NCBI GenBank assembly: GCA_963763105.1
Contig: CAVXMT010000005.1
Coordinates: 4,685 to 68,684, forward strand
Direction of reading: 5' to 3'
Length of the DNA: 64,000 bases
Origin: an uncultured Candidatus Altimarinota bacterium
GTDB taxonomy: Bacteria > Patescibacteriota > Gracilibacteria > BD1-5 > UBA2023
How positions within the stretch are numbered: position 1 is the first letter of the stretch; each line of letters begins with the position of its first letter. The notes beneath the pieces were generated by a model that did no database searches, was not told the origin of the DNA, and saw nothing but the letters and a program-made list of their open reading frames with translations. A program made the translations under genes and the position numbers. Positions 34,345 to 45,173 of the stretch are shown here, in pieces.

Positions 34345-35085
34345 CTATTCCTTCCGTGGTTCAGGATTATTGGAAATATGATGATGAATATTTCTCGAAA
34401 GAAATATCTCATTTCTATAGTTTTTCGACGGATCGTATTCGATAAGAGTATCAAGAGAGACAAAAGTATATCCAGTATTTTTGAGTCAAGAAAGTATCAT
34501 TGGAAGTGCTTTTACAGTATCTTCCTTGATATCATGAAGGAGGATAATGCTTCATGGTTTTGTCTGGGCAATGATTTTTTTCGCGAGAAGGACTGGATTT
34601 TTTGCCTTCCAGTCATAGGCATCGACATTCCATCCGATGATCGGCCCGGAATAGAAATTTCCGATTCGTTCATCGAGAAGCCCATAAGGGAATCGGAAAA
34701 AGTGTGGATACTTTTCAGTGACAGAATAGATTATTAGACTTGTCTCGAGAATCTCTTGTATATAAGAAAATACTGGAATCTGAGAAAGTCGCGCATGGTC
34801 ATAGCTATGATTTCCAATAGTATATCCATCGTCGCTTATTTTTCTCACAATACTTGGATATCTTCTGACTCTATTTCCTATGACAAAAAAAGTCGCAGGC
34901 ACTTTTTCTTTCTTGAGGATTTCGAGAATGGAAAGAGTATTCGTGGGGTGTGGCCCATCATCGAAGGTGATACTGATTTCTTTTTTCTCTGATATACACC
35001 AAGGAATTACTTTTTCTGATAGAGTAATCTCAGAAGAAGGGTGTGATCCGAAAAAGATGAGAATAAAAGAAACAAAAGAGAACAT
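34345..35085 (-). CDS. polysaccharide deacetylase (NodB homology domain)
   Basis: ISITFDDGPHP, GNHSYDH, RFPYG and LLHD motifs. N-terminal hydrophobic segment. Confidence 0.85.
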
Positions 35086-35129
35086 ATACTCCCGAGTGTA
35101 CTCGGAAGAAGGGCATTTGCAAGGATATA

Positions 35130-36293
35130 TTACACTATAATTCCACTTCCAAGTACGCGATCTTCGTCGTAGACAACACAGATTTGTCCAGGAGTTATCG
35201 CGCGTTGAACTACCTCGAATCTCACTGTCAACTGTCAACTGTCAACTATGAATTCTCCATTTTGATCCTCTTGTCGATAGCGAATCTTGACTCAGTATTT
35301 TTTTCACGCTTCAGGAATTTCCCCACTCCATTCCACGAGAATACATTCATTTTTATAGAGCGAGAGTTCATCTTCATTTCCTACGGTGATAGTATTTGCC
35401 CGTGTATCTTTTGCAATGACAAAAAGGGCTTGCCCTCCACCGACTTTGATACCTTTTCTCTGGCCAATCGTATAGGAAAAAGCTCACTCATGTTCTCCAA
35501 TGATTTTTCCATGAATATTCAGAATATTTCCTGGCTTTTTCGGAAGTCGACGTTCGAGAAATTCTTTCATGCTTACTTTTCCGATAAAGCAGAGTCACTG
35601 AGAATCTTTCCTTTCCGCATTGGGAAGTCCTACTTTTTTTGCAATCTCACGAACTTCTGACTTCATAAGGTGTCAGATCGGGAATATTGCCTTCTCAAGC
35701 TGAAATTCTGAGAGTCGAGAAAGAAAATATGACTGATCTTTATTTGGATCGACTCATTTTAATAGTTGATAGTTGATAGTTGATAGTTGATAATTCTTCT
35801 CGGCTCTTTCATTCTCAATTCTCAATTCTCAATTCTCAATTATTCGTGCATAATGCCCGGTTGCGATAGCGTCAAATCCAAGTGAAAGTGCCTCTTCGAG
35901 AAAGAGATCAAACTTCACAAGATTGTTGCAAAACACATCCGGATTGGGAGTGCGCCCTGCATCATATTCTCTATAGATATACTCTACGATACGTTTCTCG
36001 TATTCTTCTCGATAGTCGAATGTGTAGAAAGGAAGATTGAGAAATTCTGCTACTTTTCTTGCTTCTTCGAGGTCTATCCGAGTCGGACAATATCCCCCCT
36101 GTCCCCCCTTGACAAGGGGGGTGCCCAAAGGGCGGAGGGATTCGTCTTCGAGATAATTGATCATAAATCCACAGGATACGTCATAGCCTGCTTCTTTGAG
36201 AAGATATGCGGATACTGCAGAGTCGACTCATCATGAGAGTCCGACAAGAACTTTCGTTGGATTTTTTTGGGAATGATGATTTTTATCTTCCAT
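35130..36293 (-). CDS. mnmA: tRNA 2-thiouridine(34) synthase MnmA, carrying three repeat-derived in-frame insertions
   Basis: PP-loop VGLS-G-GVDSAVSA, NPDVFCN, ATGHYAR, DPNKDQSYFL, GQRKGI. Every codon from 35130 to 35831 verified. Confidence 0.93.
35226..35246. repeat. (TGTCAAC)x3 heptamer array in the mnmA C-terminal domain
   Basis: The coding strand reads GTTGACA x3, giving IVDS-G-QLTV. Confidence 0.9.
35764..35841. repeat. two heptamer arrays (AGTTGAT)x4 and (CTCAATT)x4 separated by 22 nt, inside mnmA
   Basis: 35764-35791 and 35814-35841. Encodes IEN-G-ELRIENERAEKNYQLSTINYQLLK-G between the ATGHYAR and DPNKDQSYFL motifs. Confidence 0.9.
36088..36140. repeat. G/C-run palindromic element (same family as 20831), in frame in mnmA
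   Basis: ATATCCCCCCtgtCCCCCCTTgacAAGGGGGGtg. Encodes LRPLGTPLVKGGQGGYCPT. Confidence 0.85.
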
Positions 36294-36927
36294 GAGGGAG
36301 GCTTTCTATTATTTCTTGCCAATCTTTCACACGGTACACGAGAGGATGATTGATGATATGATCACGATTCCATGGTTTTTCGAGGAGAATCGTCACTATA
36401 TTGTTGGCTGCGAGGTCACGAGCATTCTCTATATGATCATCGATCATGAGATCAATCCCAAGAGTCTTACATACAGCTGATTTCGGGAGTGCTTCAGTGC
36501 TATAGTGATTTACAAAATGAATATCGTTTTCAGGAATTTCTCAGAAATAATATCCTACCCAATCAAGAGTTCTTCTTTTTTTGATCTGATCACTCCCATT
36601 TCGTGCCGTAATGATGGAATATTTTTTTCCAGCACTTCTGAGCATTTCTACTCACTCTCTTGATCCATGTACGAGGGGAGTATCAGTCGGTCAGGTGATA
36701 TTCATACCATACTTATGCCAGAGTTCTACAGTCTCTTCTTTTGTAATTTTGAATCTCGGATTCTCGAACATATCATGAGTCGTGAAGTCTTCTATACTTG
36801 CACACATGAGAAGGAAATTCTTCGTATGGGCGTACTTGAGGAATTCTGAAAAAGTAGCAGCAAGTGTCTCATCGAGATCGAGTCCAATATGTGTATGTTT
36901 TTCCCAGTCAAGGTCGCGTATATTCAT
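36283..36927 (-). CDS. HAD-superfamily phosphatase (5'(3')-deoxyribonucleotidase-like)
   Basis: Motif I GLDLDETLA. ...IITARN...MIDDH. Overlaps the mnmA start by 11 nt. The start could instead be an upstream ATG. Confidence 0.65.
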
Positions 36928-37009
36928 TTTTGCATTGAGGTTGATGAAGAGTGAGTATAGAGAAATTAGCGAAAAAGTAAAAAGCATTATTTCCAAACAT
37001 TTTTTTGAT

Positions 37010-37032
37010 TTTTTGAGATTTATTCTCATAAT
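37010..37032. promoter_or_regulatory. Fur/PerR-type operator overlapping the regulator's own start
   Basis: ttTTGAGATT-T-ATTCTCATAAT. The right half is identical to the 38146 palindrome. Confidence 0.5.
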
Positions 37033-37038
37033 GTGCGC

Positions 37039-37377
37039 ATGCGAAAACACCAGTACCGTGAGATCATCTGCAATACCTGCGAATGTCGACATCTTTCAGC
37101 TGATGATATCTATGAGGAAGTGAGACGAAAAAGTCCAGAGATTGGTCGTGCGACTGTCTATCGAAATATCGAGGCAATGGCAGAAGAAGGTACGCTCAGA
37201 CGATTTCCTGGTATTCATGGAAAGACATATTATGAATGCAATCCCCATACGCATGCTCACTTGGTCGATGAGATCACTGGAATATTTTGTGATTTTCCGA
37301 TCGAGAACATTTCTGTTCGAGATATTCCTGTAGGCTATAAAGTCTCCGAAATCCGTATCCAAATCACTCGCGAATAA
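37039..37377 (+). CDS. Fur-family metalloregulator (PerR/Fur-like)
   Basis: HLSADDIYEEVRRKSPEIGRATVYRNIEAMAEEG (wHTH), H-x-H-x-H patch. GTG 37033 is an alternative start. Confidence 0.7.
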   Translation: MRKHQYREIICNTCECRHLSADDIYEEVRRKSPEIGRATVYRNIEAMAEEGTLRRFPGIHGKTYYECNPHTHAHLVDEITGIFCDFPIENISVRDIPVGYKVSEIRIQITRE

Positions 37378-37379
37378 AT

Positions 37380-38111
37380 ATGAAAAACGTTATCGAAATT
37401 CATCATCTTACAAAAAAAGTAGGAAAGGCAATACTTCTTCATGACATCCATTTTTCACTCACGAAAGGAGAAGTTTTCTGATTTCTCGGACCAAATGGCT
37501 CTGGAAAGACAACAACAATGAAGTGTATACTTGGTATTATGCGACCTACAGAATGAGATGTGAAGATTTTATGAGGATCTATAGATAATGCGAAAATTCG
37601 CAGTAAGATAGGATTCATGCCAGAGAATACCTATCTCTACAAGTATCTCACGTGAGATGAATTTCTTGATTTCAATGCGGAATTCTATGGACTCCGAGGT
37701 GAGATGAGAGAAAAAAGAAAAACCCTCATTCTCGAAAAAGTCGGACTGCTACCCGCTCGAAAAAAAAGACTTAATACTTATTCAAAGGGGATGCTTCAGA
37801 GAATTGGTCTCGCACAAGCAATTCTCCATGATCCAGAAGTTATCTTTCTCGATGAGCCAATGAGTGGACTCGACCCACTTGGTCGCAAGATGGTAAAAGA
37901 TCTCATTCTCGAGCTCAAATCCGAAGGGAAAACCATATTCTTCAATACCCATATTCTCTCTGATGTCGAAGCGCTCTGCGATCGATTTGCTATCATCTCC
38001 TGATGAGAAATCATTCTTGATATGCAGACAAAAGACCTCAAAGAACCACTCGAAGATCTTTTCATGAAAATGATTCTCGAACACAAAGGAACCGAATTCA
38101 CGGGAGAGTAA
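37380..38111 (+). CDS. ABC transporter ATP-binding protein (no adjacent permease)
   Basis: Walker A GPNGSGKTT, signature YSKGMLQR, Walker B VIFLDEPMSGLD, H-loop. Confidence 0.88.
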
Positions 38112-38145
38112 TCCTATTTCAAAAATATTTTTCCCCCATGTATAT

Positions 38146-38168
38146 ATTATGAGAATTATTCTCATAAT
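38146..38168. promoter_or_regulatory. perfect 11-1-11 palindrome, candidate PerR/Fur box upstream of the peroxiredoxin
   Basis: ATTATGAGAAT-T-ATTCTCATAAT. Confidence 0.55.
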
Positions 38169-38234
38169 TATTTGATTTCATAGAAAATATTTATATAATT
38201 CTGTCTGTTGTTCGATTATGGAGTATTTTCAGAA

Positions 38235-38266
38235 AAACTGGATTGCTTCGTACCTCGCAATGACGG
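38235..38266 (-). repeat. REP-like element, copy 3 (variant core, opposite orientation)
   Basis: The reverse complement reads cGTCATTGCGAGGTACGAAGCAATCCAGTTTTTCT. Confidence 0.6.
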
Positions 38267-38308
38267 GAAACCCCTACTTTTTACTATCTCTATTAACTAT
38301 TACTATTT

Positions 38309-38926
38309 ATGTCTTGTTGTGATAATGAATTTATGTTTGAACAGGTAAAAATCGATACCCCAGTTCCTTTCTTTGATCTTCCTGCCTACGATCCTATCAA
38401 GGATGACACTACTCAGATTTCTCTCGAAAGTATGCACGGAAAGTGGACAGTACTTTTCTACTATCCAGCTGATTTTACTTTTGTTTGTCCGACAGAACTT
38501 AAGGATATGGCAGAAGCAAAAACACAATTCGATGAGCTCGGAGTCGTGGTCCTCGCAGCAAGTACTGACACAGTATTTTCTCATCGCGCATGGGTGAAGC
38601 ATGAAGGTCTCATGAAGAATTTCCCTTATCTTATGCTCTCGGATCATGGACTCGATGTTGCTGCCGCATACAATCTTCTTGATGAGAAATCAGGAATCGC
38701 TGGTCGTGGTACATTTATCATTGATCCAGAGGGAATCTGCCGAGGTGTTGAAGTCACGAGTGGTCCGCTCGGACGCAACTCTGTCGAGCTCCTTCGAAAG
38801 ATCGAAGCACTCCAATATATGAGTGCCAATCCTGGAACAGCGTGTCCAGCACGATGGACTCCAGGAGCGAAGACCCTTACTCCATCTATCAAAATAGCTG
38901 GTGAAGTGGAAGCACAACTTCAGTAG
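38309..38926 (+). CDS. ahpC: typical 2-Cys peroxiredoxin (AhpC/Tsa family)
   Basis: KWTVLFYYPADFTFVCPTEL (peroxidatic Cys) and ...ACPARW (resolving Cys). No TGA codons. Confidence 0.85.
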   Translation: MSCCDNEFMFEQVKIDTPVPFFDLPAYDPIKDDTTQISLESMHGKWTVLFYYPADFTFVCPTELKDMAEAKTQFDELGVVVLAASTDTVFSHRAWVKHEGLMKNFPYLMLSDHGLDVAAAYNLLDEKSGIAGRGTFIIDPEGICRGVEVTSGPLGRNSVELLRKIEALQYMSANPGTACPARWTPGAKTLTPSIKIAGEVEAQLQ

Positions 38927-38941
38927 ACCATTATCTTACAC

Positions 38942-38978
38942 AAAAGACCCTCTAAAATTTGAGAGGGTCTTTTGATTT
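38942..38978 (+). terminator. intrinsic terminator after the peroxiredoxin
   Basis: AAAGACCCTCT-aaaatttg-AGAGGGTCTTTTGATTTT. Confidence 0.7.
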
Positions 38979-39005
38979 TGACAAAGCCCCTATTTTCTAT
39001 ATTAT
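38978..39005 (+). promoter_or_regulatory. promoter-like element upstream of infB, followed by a ~180-nt leader with hairpins
   Basis: TTGACA, 16-nt spacer, TATTAT. Leader palindromes: GAGTTCTacAGAACTC and TTCCTAttgtccgTAGGAA. Confidence 0.4.
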
Positions 39006-39187
39006 CTTCCTACATTTTCGTATGAGTTCTACAGAACTCTCGTATTTCCTATTGTCCGTAGGAATTTCCGAAAAACGGCGAATTTCTTTGTCAGCATCGA
39101 ATTTTTCTCAGTCATTTACTTACTTATGGTAAATTCCCTCCGAAAAATCCTTGCTTTCTCGAACTTCTTGTTTTTGGAAAATTCCTC

Positions 39188-41722
39188 ATGAAATACGAGA
39201 ATTTCTTCGTAAGAGGCCAAGAGAGTTATGACCTCGAAGCATTCATATATAACCCATTTTTCATGACTCCCACTGCCAATCAGGATGATTACTACGCTCA
39301 GGTAAAAGCTACAGGAACATCTGGTACCGATGATAAAAAACCACTCAAGCTCAAGCTGAAAGTAGTGGTAAAAAAACCGACAGAATCAGAAGAAGTCGTC
39401 CCGAGTAAAGAGGATGAAGGAGAAAAAATTTCTCAAGAAGTGATTTCTGAAAAACCGAAAGCTCGTCTTGTCGAACGTGAACACGCAAGCTCTGGACTTA
39501 TGCGGAGCGTGATGAGAGGAAATGAAGAGAAAGATAGATGAGGAACAAGAGAGAAGACAGGATTTCCAAAAATATCCTTTAATAAAGTAGAGAGCAAAGT
39601 AAAAGTCCTTGAGAATCGTCCTGTCATGAAGCTTCCTGATGAAGTTCCAAAGAGACGAACAGATGGATCATTCACTTCAGGGAATTCGACTGGGCCAAAG
39701 CGTCTTCGTGATGATGCGAAACCAATGTTTCAGCGCAATATAGGATTTGCAACTCCTTCGAAAGATGGAACAGCAAAGAAGGGTGGAAAAGGAAAATGAG
39801 GAAAAGACTACGTCGATGATGGAAAAAAACGAAGCGTGAAGACAGTCGGATGAGTGGCTGATGATGGATCATTTCGTCGTGGACACAAAGTCTCAAAGAA
39901 AAGAGAGAAGTCACTCGAAGATATGAATCAGATTCTCGTCGATCATACAGGCCAAGAGGTATCGGTCGGCGATGTCATCTCTGTGAAGGAATTTTCTGAT
40001 AAGATCGGTATTCCAGTAGCAAAGGTCATCGGAGAGCTCATGAAAAATGGTGTTCTCGTGAATCTCAATGCACCAATTGATTATGATACTTGCTTTCTTA
40101 TTGGTGAGGCATTTAATATTATCATCACAAAAGAGATTTCTGAAAATGCTTCCGTCTCTGATCTCATGGATGGAAATATCGATGATATGATCAAAGAGGA
40201 AGATAGCTCTCACCTCATTCCTCGTTCACCAATAATATCGGTGATGGGACATGTCGATCATGGAAAGACATCAATTCTCGACTATATCCGCAAGGCTTCC
40301 GTGGCATCTGGAGAAGCTGGAGGTATCACACAGAAAATTGGTGCATATCAGGTAGAAAAAAATGGAGGAAAGATTACTTTTCTCGATACTCCTGGACACG
40401 AAGCATTCACGATCATGCGAGCGCGAGGAGCGAAGCTCACAGACATTGCTGTCATTGTCGTCGCAGCTGATGAAGGGATGAAGCCTCAGACAATAGAATC
40501 CATCAACCATGCAAAAGCTGCCGAAGTTCCGATGATTATTGCTATCAATAAGATGGATAAGCCATGAGCAAATGTCGATCTCATCAAGGGACAACTTGCT
40601 GAGCAAGGACTTCAGCCAGAGGATTGGGGTGGTACAACGGTCGTCGTACCAGTATCTGCTCATACTGGACTTGGTATGGAAAATCTTCTCGAAATGATTC
40701 TTCTTCAGGCAGAACTTCTCGAACTTCGAGCTAATCCAGATCGAGGTGCGATCGCTACTGTCATCGAGGCACATCTCGATCAGAAGCTCGGATCAGTCGC
40801 GACTATTCTTATCAATACAGGAACAATTAGAAAGACTGATAATATTGTCTGTGCCTGAGCCTATGGAAAGGTCCGAACACTGAAAGATTATAAATGAAAA
40901 AATATTGAATCAGCAGGTCCAGGAGTTCCTGTCCAGATTACTGGACTCTCTGATGTGGTCCAAGGAGGTGATATTCTCCAGGTTCTCTCGACTCCAGAGC
41001 TTACTGCGACTCGAGCAAAGGAATTTTCTCTCGCAAAAAACAAGAAATCTATCCATGCCTTCGAATGAGCTTCTCTCGGAATGCTCATGAGTCGACTCAA
41101 ATCAGGAGCATTGAAGCAATTGAAGATTGTCCTCAAGACTGATACAGGAGGATCGCTCGAAGCTCTCAAGGCTTCTCTTACGAAGCTTTCTACACCTGAG
41201 ACGCAAGTTGTATTTATCCACTCGGCAGTCGGAGATATCAATCAATCTGACGTCATGATGGCTGGTACTTCCCAGGCACTTCTCATCGCCTACAATGTGG
41301 GAGTCAATCCTGCAGCAAAACAGGCACTCTCTGCTTCGAAGATAGAATTTATCGAAAAGAAAGTCATCTATCATATTATCGAAAAGGTCGAAGCTATCAT
41401 CACTGGAATGATCGATATTCGCTATGAGGAACTCGAGCTTGGAATATCCAAGGTGAAAGCAATATTCTTCACAGGAAAAAATAATTCTATGATGATTGTC
41501 GGTATGGGAGTGACTTCTGGAAAGATCGAGAATCGTGCTAAGGTTCGTGTCATCCGCGCTGAACACAAAGTCGGAAGTGGTGAAGTCGCCAATCTCAAGA
41601 TGTGACCACTCGATGTGAATGAAGTCGAAGAGGGGAATGATTGTGGTATCAACTTCAAGTGAGATGTACAGATCATGGAAGGTGATGTACTTGAGTTCTA
41701 CAAGATGGTACAGAGAAAATAA
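39188..41722 (+). CDS. infB: translation initiation factor IF-2
   Basis: [27 protein letters not shown], domains IV-VI. All TGA junctions (39539, 39797, 39851, 40565, 40856, 40895, 41066, 41603, 41660) verified in frame. No nusA upstream. Confidence 0.95.
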
Positions 41723-41791
41723 GGATAGAGTTATTAAAAAAGGCTTAATGGACAAAAGTTGGTGGTTTTTTCTCTCAATTTAATCTTTCCA

Positions 41792-41828
41792 AAGAAGACT
41801 CAGTGCTAAACTGAGTCTTCTTTCTTTT
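41792..41828 (+). terminator. hairpin plus T-tract inside the IS-B end, downstream of infB
   Basis: AAGAAGACTCAG-tgctaaa-CTGAGTCTTCTTTCTTTT. Confidence 0.5.
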
Positions 41829-41926
41829 GAGAGTCAACGATGTATTTTTACTTTGGGTTTCAGATGAGAAAATATTCACTCTATTCGATTACTCGTATTG
41901 ATAATTGGATTCTTGAGATTTGGATA

Positions 41927-42679
41927 GGGTCTTCCCCAGTTATCGGTTAGTTTTTCGGAGTAATTTTAAGATTTCTTTGTAGATATCTTTTCATTTTATA
42001 CGACAATTATATCTAAATTCAGATTCTTTCAAATAATAATAAAAGTAGGCTTTCTTAATTCCATTGAATCTTGAGAGTCTTCTTTTTGTGAAGCTCCAAA
42101 ATGATTCAATTCAGTTGATGTGTTGGTTTCATCTGGCAAATTCATTCGCTCCATGATGAACTCTATAATGCTTTTCATATCCAATATCCACAAGTCCATC
42201 ATATGCAGGCCATCCATCACTATTTATCTCTGTATCTTCTATCTTTACTTTTCATCTGATTATAGGTAATAGAGTCTTCTTTTTTACATCAGGAACTATC
42301 TCAGTATATACTTTTCAGTTTCTTTTCAGGAGTCCAAATACTATTGTTTTCATTCCAGCTCATCTTCATCGTTTTCCACGAACTCGAGTAGGTCAGAAGT
42401 AAGATTCATCTATCTCCATAGTTCCACTCCACACTTCTGCTTTCTCCTTTTCTTGATTCTCAAATATACATTTACGAATATAGAGATACCAATCATCTAT
42501 AGTTTTTGGATTTAAACCAATAATTTCATGTGTTTTTGAAGCGGGTAAATCCAGTGAAAAGAACTTGATAATTTCTCTTGTTTTCTTGTTTCAAATTCGG
42601 GATTTTTTTCGATACAGGTTTTTCTTCTCCATAGAGCCAGTATATTAGGTAAATAAATACCGTCAACTGGGGAAGACCC
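41927..42679 (-). mobile_element. IS element 'A' (IS1595/ISXO2-like) nested in IS-B
   Basis: Perfect 15-bp inverted repeats GGGTCTTCCCCAGTT / AACTGGGGAAGACCC. 7-bp direct repeat TTGGATA at 41920-41926 and 42680-42686. Confidence 0.85.
41940..42632 (-). CDS. IS1595-family (ISXO2-like) DDE transposase
   Basis: MEIDESYF-G-PTRVRGKR-G-R-G-AG, NSDGWPAYDGL, HINGIESFWSFTKRRL, FRYN. Several TGA-Gly codons. Confidence 0.85.
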
Positions 42680-43648
42680 TTGGATAATCTCGTTGTATGG
42701 TTTGGATAAAATCCAAACAAACAAAAAGTTGATCAATACTTCTCATCAATGAATTATATGCAAAATGAAGTCTTGGATGAACTGGCTTATCTCTCAGTGT
42801 TTTAGTATCCAGTTCTTGTTGTCTAAAGTCCGCCTCATACTTGTTCCTAAATCCCCTAAGTTGCCAAAGAAAAGTTGCCTTATCTGTATGTACTACTCAA
42901 TGAGTTATCTCCTTGAGTTTCTTGTATGATTCTATCCTTGGATATTTGAGAAGATATCTGTCTATGGTGGCTATTTTATGTGCTTGGCAGAGTTGTATAG
43001 GAATATTTGAATAGTATTTCCATATGGCAGTATCTACTCCATTTCTTCCATCAATCACAGCAAAGAAAGGAAGTGGATATCCCCCATGAGACAAATAGTG
43101 AAGTAATATTTCGTAATCTTCTTTGGTTTCTTGAAGAATGTGTTTAGATGCAAGAATATCTCCTGTAATGCCATCTATTGCCACCAAGAGTCACCATTGT
43201 GTATCTGAACCCTTTCGACCGAAGAATGTAGCATCGAGAATAAGGACAGATGAGGTATATTGAGAGAGATTTGGATTAAGACGGATATTATAATGAAGCT
43301 GAGACAACTCTATCTTTTCATAGAAGATAGAAGTCAGTTTCCTGTGTATTGTTTTGATGGACATTCAAGAATCATCTGCAAGTTCAGAAAGGGTTTGTTT
43401 ATGGAGAGAATAATCTTGAAATAATTGATCGTTCTGTTTCTGTGATGCTCTTCGAGAACTTCGGAAAACATACTTACAATTCATACACTTATATCTCTGT
43501 CTTCACCGTTCTTTACCATCTTTTCTGACAAGGTTATTCAAACATTTTGGACAGATTTTAATCATAAAAATAAAATAAAGCGGATAAACCGCTTTATTAT
43601 GCTGAGAACTCAGGAAAAAACCCACCAATAAATGTCCATTAAGCCATT

Positions 43649-43681
43649 AAAAATCCCCTACAAGAAAGTAGGGGATTTTTA
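43649..43681. terminator. bidirectional terminator hairpin
   Basis: AAAATCCCCTAC-aagaaa-GTAGGGGATTTTT. Confidence 0.65.
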
Positions 43682-43685
43682 GAAT

Positions 43686-45131
43686 CTATCTTTTAGGAGT
43701 AAATGCTCTTTTCCTTATTTCAGGAAAAGGAGGAAGTTCCAAATTTGCCAGGTCAACTTTTATATCTCTTCATCCAAGAAGTCTCAGTACGCCATCCTGA
43801 ACCTTCAATCATATCTTTTTTGGAGAATGATCATTAAAGCGATTTTCATCTCAAAGTATTATCGATCATCACTTCCTAACAACTGATTGTGCAAAGCGAA
43901 AGCTATTGTGGGCGAGAGTTCATCCATGTGCATCACCATGGAAAAATATTTGAAGATCTTTATGGTAGTCGGATGCACATAGATCATCACTATTTTTTGC
44001 TGGTCGAGCAGCAAAACTGGAACTATAGTCTTGATTCCGCACTCCTTCCCAGATATTCCATCTATAGTTGCCATCAATTATTGGAACATTGATTTCTTCT
44101 CACTCCGTGAGTCCAGTGATGATGCGAGTTACACTCGAACCATACATATTTCGAGGAAGCACCTTCTCATTTATGAGTGTGTCAGTATTGATAGGATTCT
44201 TTTTTGCGAATTCTTTTATCTGAAAAAGTATGAATTTCGAAGGCGTCTCTTCTATCCATCCGAATTCAAACTGATACGTCATATTCGGATCTAGCATACC
44301 TTCTACTTTCAATAGAGAGATAATTTGTGCTATATTCTTTCATTCTGGACTTGAATTCCTTTCATCGAATGCATTTTTTGCTTCATCCAATCTTCAAAAA
44401 GCCTCATCCATTTTACAAAACATGCGTGCGAGGTTTGCCTTGGGGCTCATATCGTTTGGGTCAATATCAGTCATAGGTTTTACTTCTTTCGTGGTGGATG
44501 TTTCGGTGTATTCAACACGTCTCATAATTCTGTCACCATCTTTATTACTATGAAGTGTATCGATAAAGAGCCTATCATCTCTATTTGGGTCTTCGGTGAC
44601 GGTTACGATTGGGAGAACAAGCGTTGGAACAACTCATATCTGAATATTTTCCGGATTCCAATAGACTCATTCATTTTGTGCATAGTGTCCAATTTCTTGA
44701 GTTTGATTCATTGCTCAATGACGTATCTTCTCAATTGCTCAAATGATAATATCTCTTGAAGGCATTCCTTGAATAATAGGAGTTCTCATAACATCCACCA
44801 GTCATTTCATATCTCATGGGCTTCATCCACGAATATGATATGTACCCCTTTTGATATAGTTGAGGAGTTCTTTTGGAAATCTTGAGATATTTCATTGAAG
44901 TCGTATGAAGAACTCATCATCGGGATCTTCATGAGAGAGAAGTATAGTGGGATTTGTACTTCATACAATTACTCAGAGCTTCTTAAGTTTTCCTACGAGC
45001 TCAGGATTCTTGGATATAATCTCCAGCATTCAGAATTTCCCACTTCGTTCTTTGATAGTGGAGAGAGTTCATTGAGAATAATTTCAAATTGCTACGAGAT
45101 TATCAGGAATCTCAGAGAGAGAGTGGTTCAT
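43686..45131 (-). CDS. hypothetical 481-aa protein (weak ATP-grasp / PEP-utilising-enzyme-like patches)
   Basis: Every codon hand-translated. Open from ATG 45131 to TAG 43686 with about 30 TGA-Gly codons. Patches: YQFEFGWIEETPSKFILFQIKEF and HG-G-TLAHNSFRFAQ. Confidence 0.7.
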
Positions 45132-45173
45132 ATAAGTTAAATAATTTTATAAGTTCTTAAAGAGTTCATCCTT

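Larger units (their letters stand above)
41780..43565 (-). pseudogene. IS-B transposase interrupted by IS-A
   Basis: The N-terminal part (43565-42681) has CPKC...CMNC, LILDATFF and AVIDGRNG. The C-terminal part (41920-41780) reads NPIINTSNRIEGIFSHLK. Deleting 41927-42686 restores one 341-codon frame. Confidence 0.8.
41742..43645 (-). mobile_element. IS element 'B' (Zn-ribbon DDE transposase) with ~35-bp terminal inverted repeats and 8-bp target duplication, itself disrupted by a second IS
   Basis: Left IR: GGCTTAATGGACAaaagTTGGTGGTTTTTTC (41742-). Right IR is its reverse complement (-43645). Flanking direct repeat ATTAAAAA at 41733-41740 and 43646-43653. Confidence 0.8.

Noticed and set aside
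35764-35841. A CRISPR array, suggested by regularly spaced short repeats (also at 19933, 53869 and 59627).
   Set aside because: The units are 7 or 14 nt and directly abutting, with no unique spacers. They lie inside open reading frames, and no cas genes are present.
36927-37092. A longer N-terminus (MSTFAG... or MLFTFSL...) for the HAD phosphatase.
   Set aside because: The extension would run across the Fur-type operator/promoter region and adds only hydrophobic low-complexity sequence. The DxDxT motif follows closely after the ATG at 36927. This is kept as an alternative, not excluded.
41102-41755. A 217-aa minus-strand ORF. Similar long antisense ORFs occur at 32706..33332 (208 aa), 61959..62444 (161 aa), 9468..9935 (155 aa), 319..969 and 11320..11865.
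   Set aside because: Each lies antisense to, or out of frame with, a strongly supported conserved gene (infB, secY, the cNMP-binding gene, the lipoprotein, rarA, the response regulator) and has low-complexity, motif-free sequence. They are shadow ORFs of an AT-rich genome.
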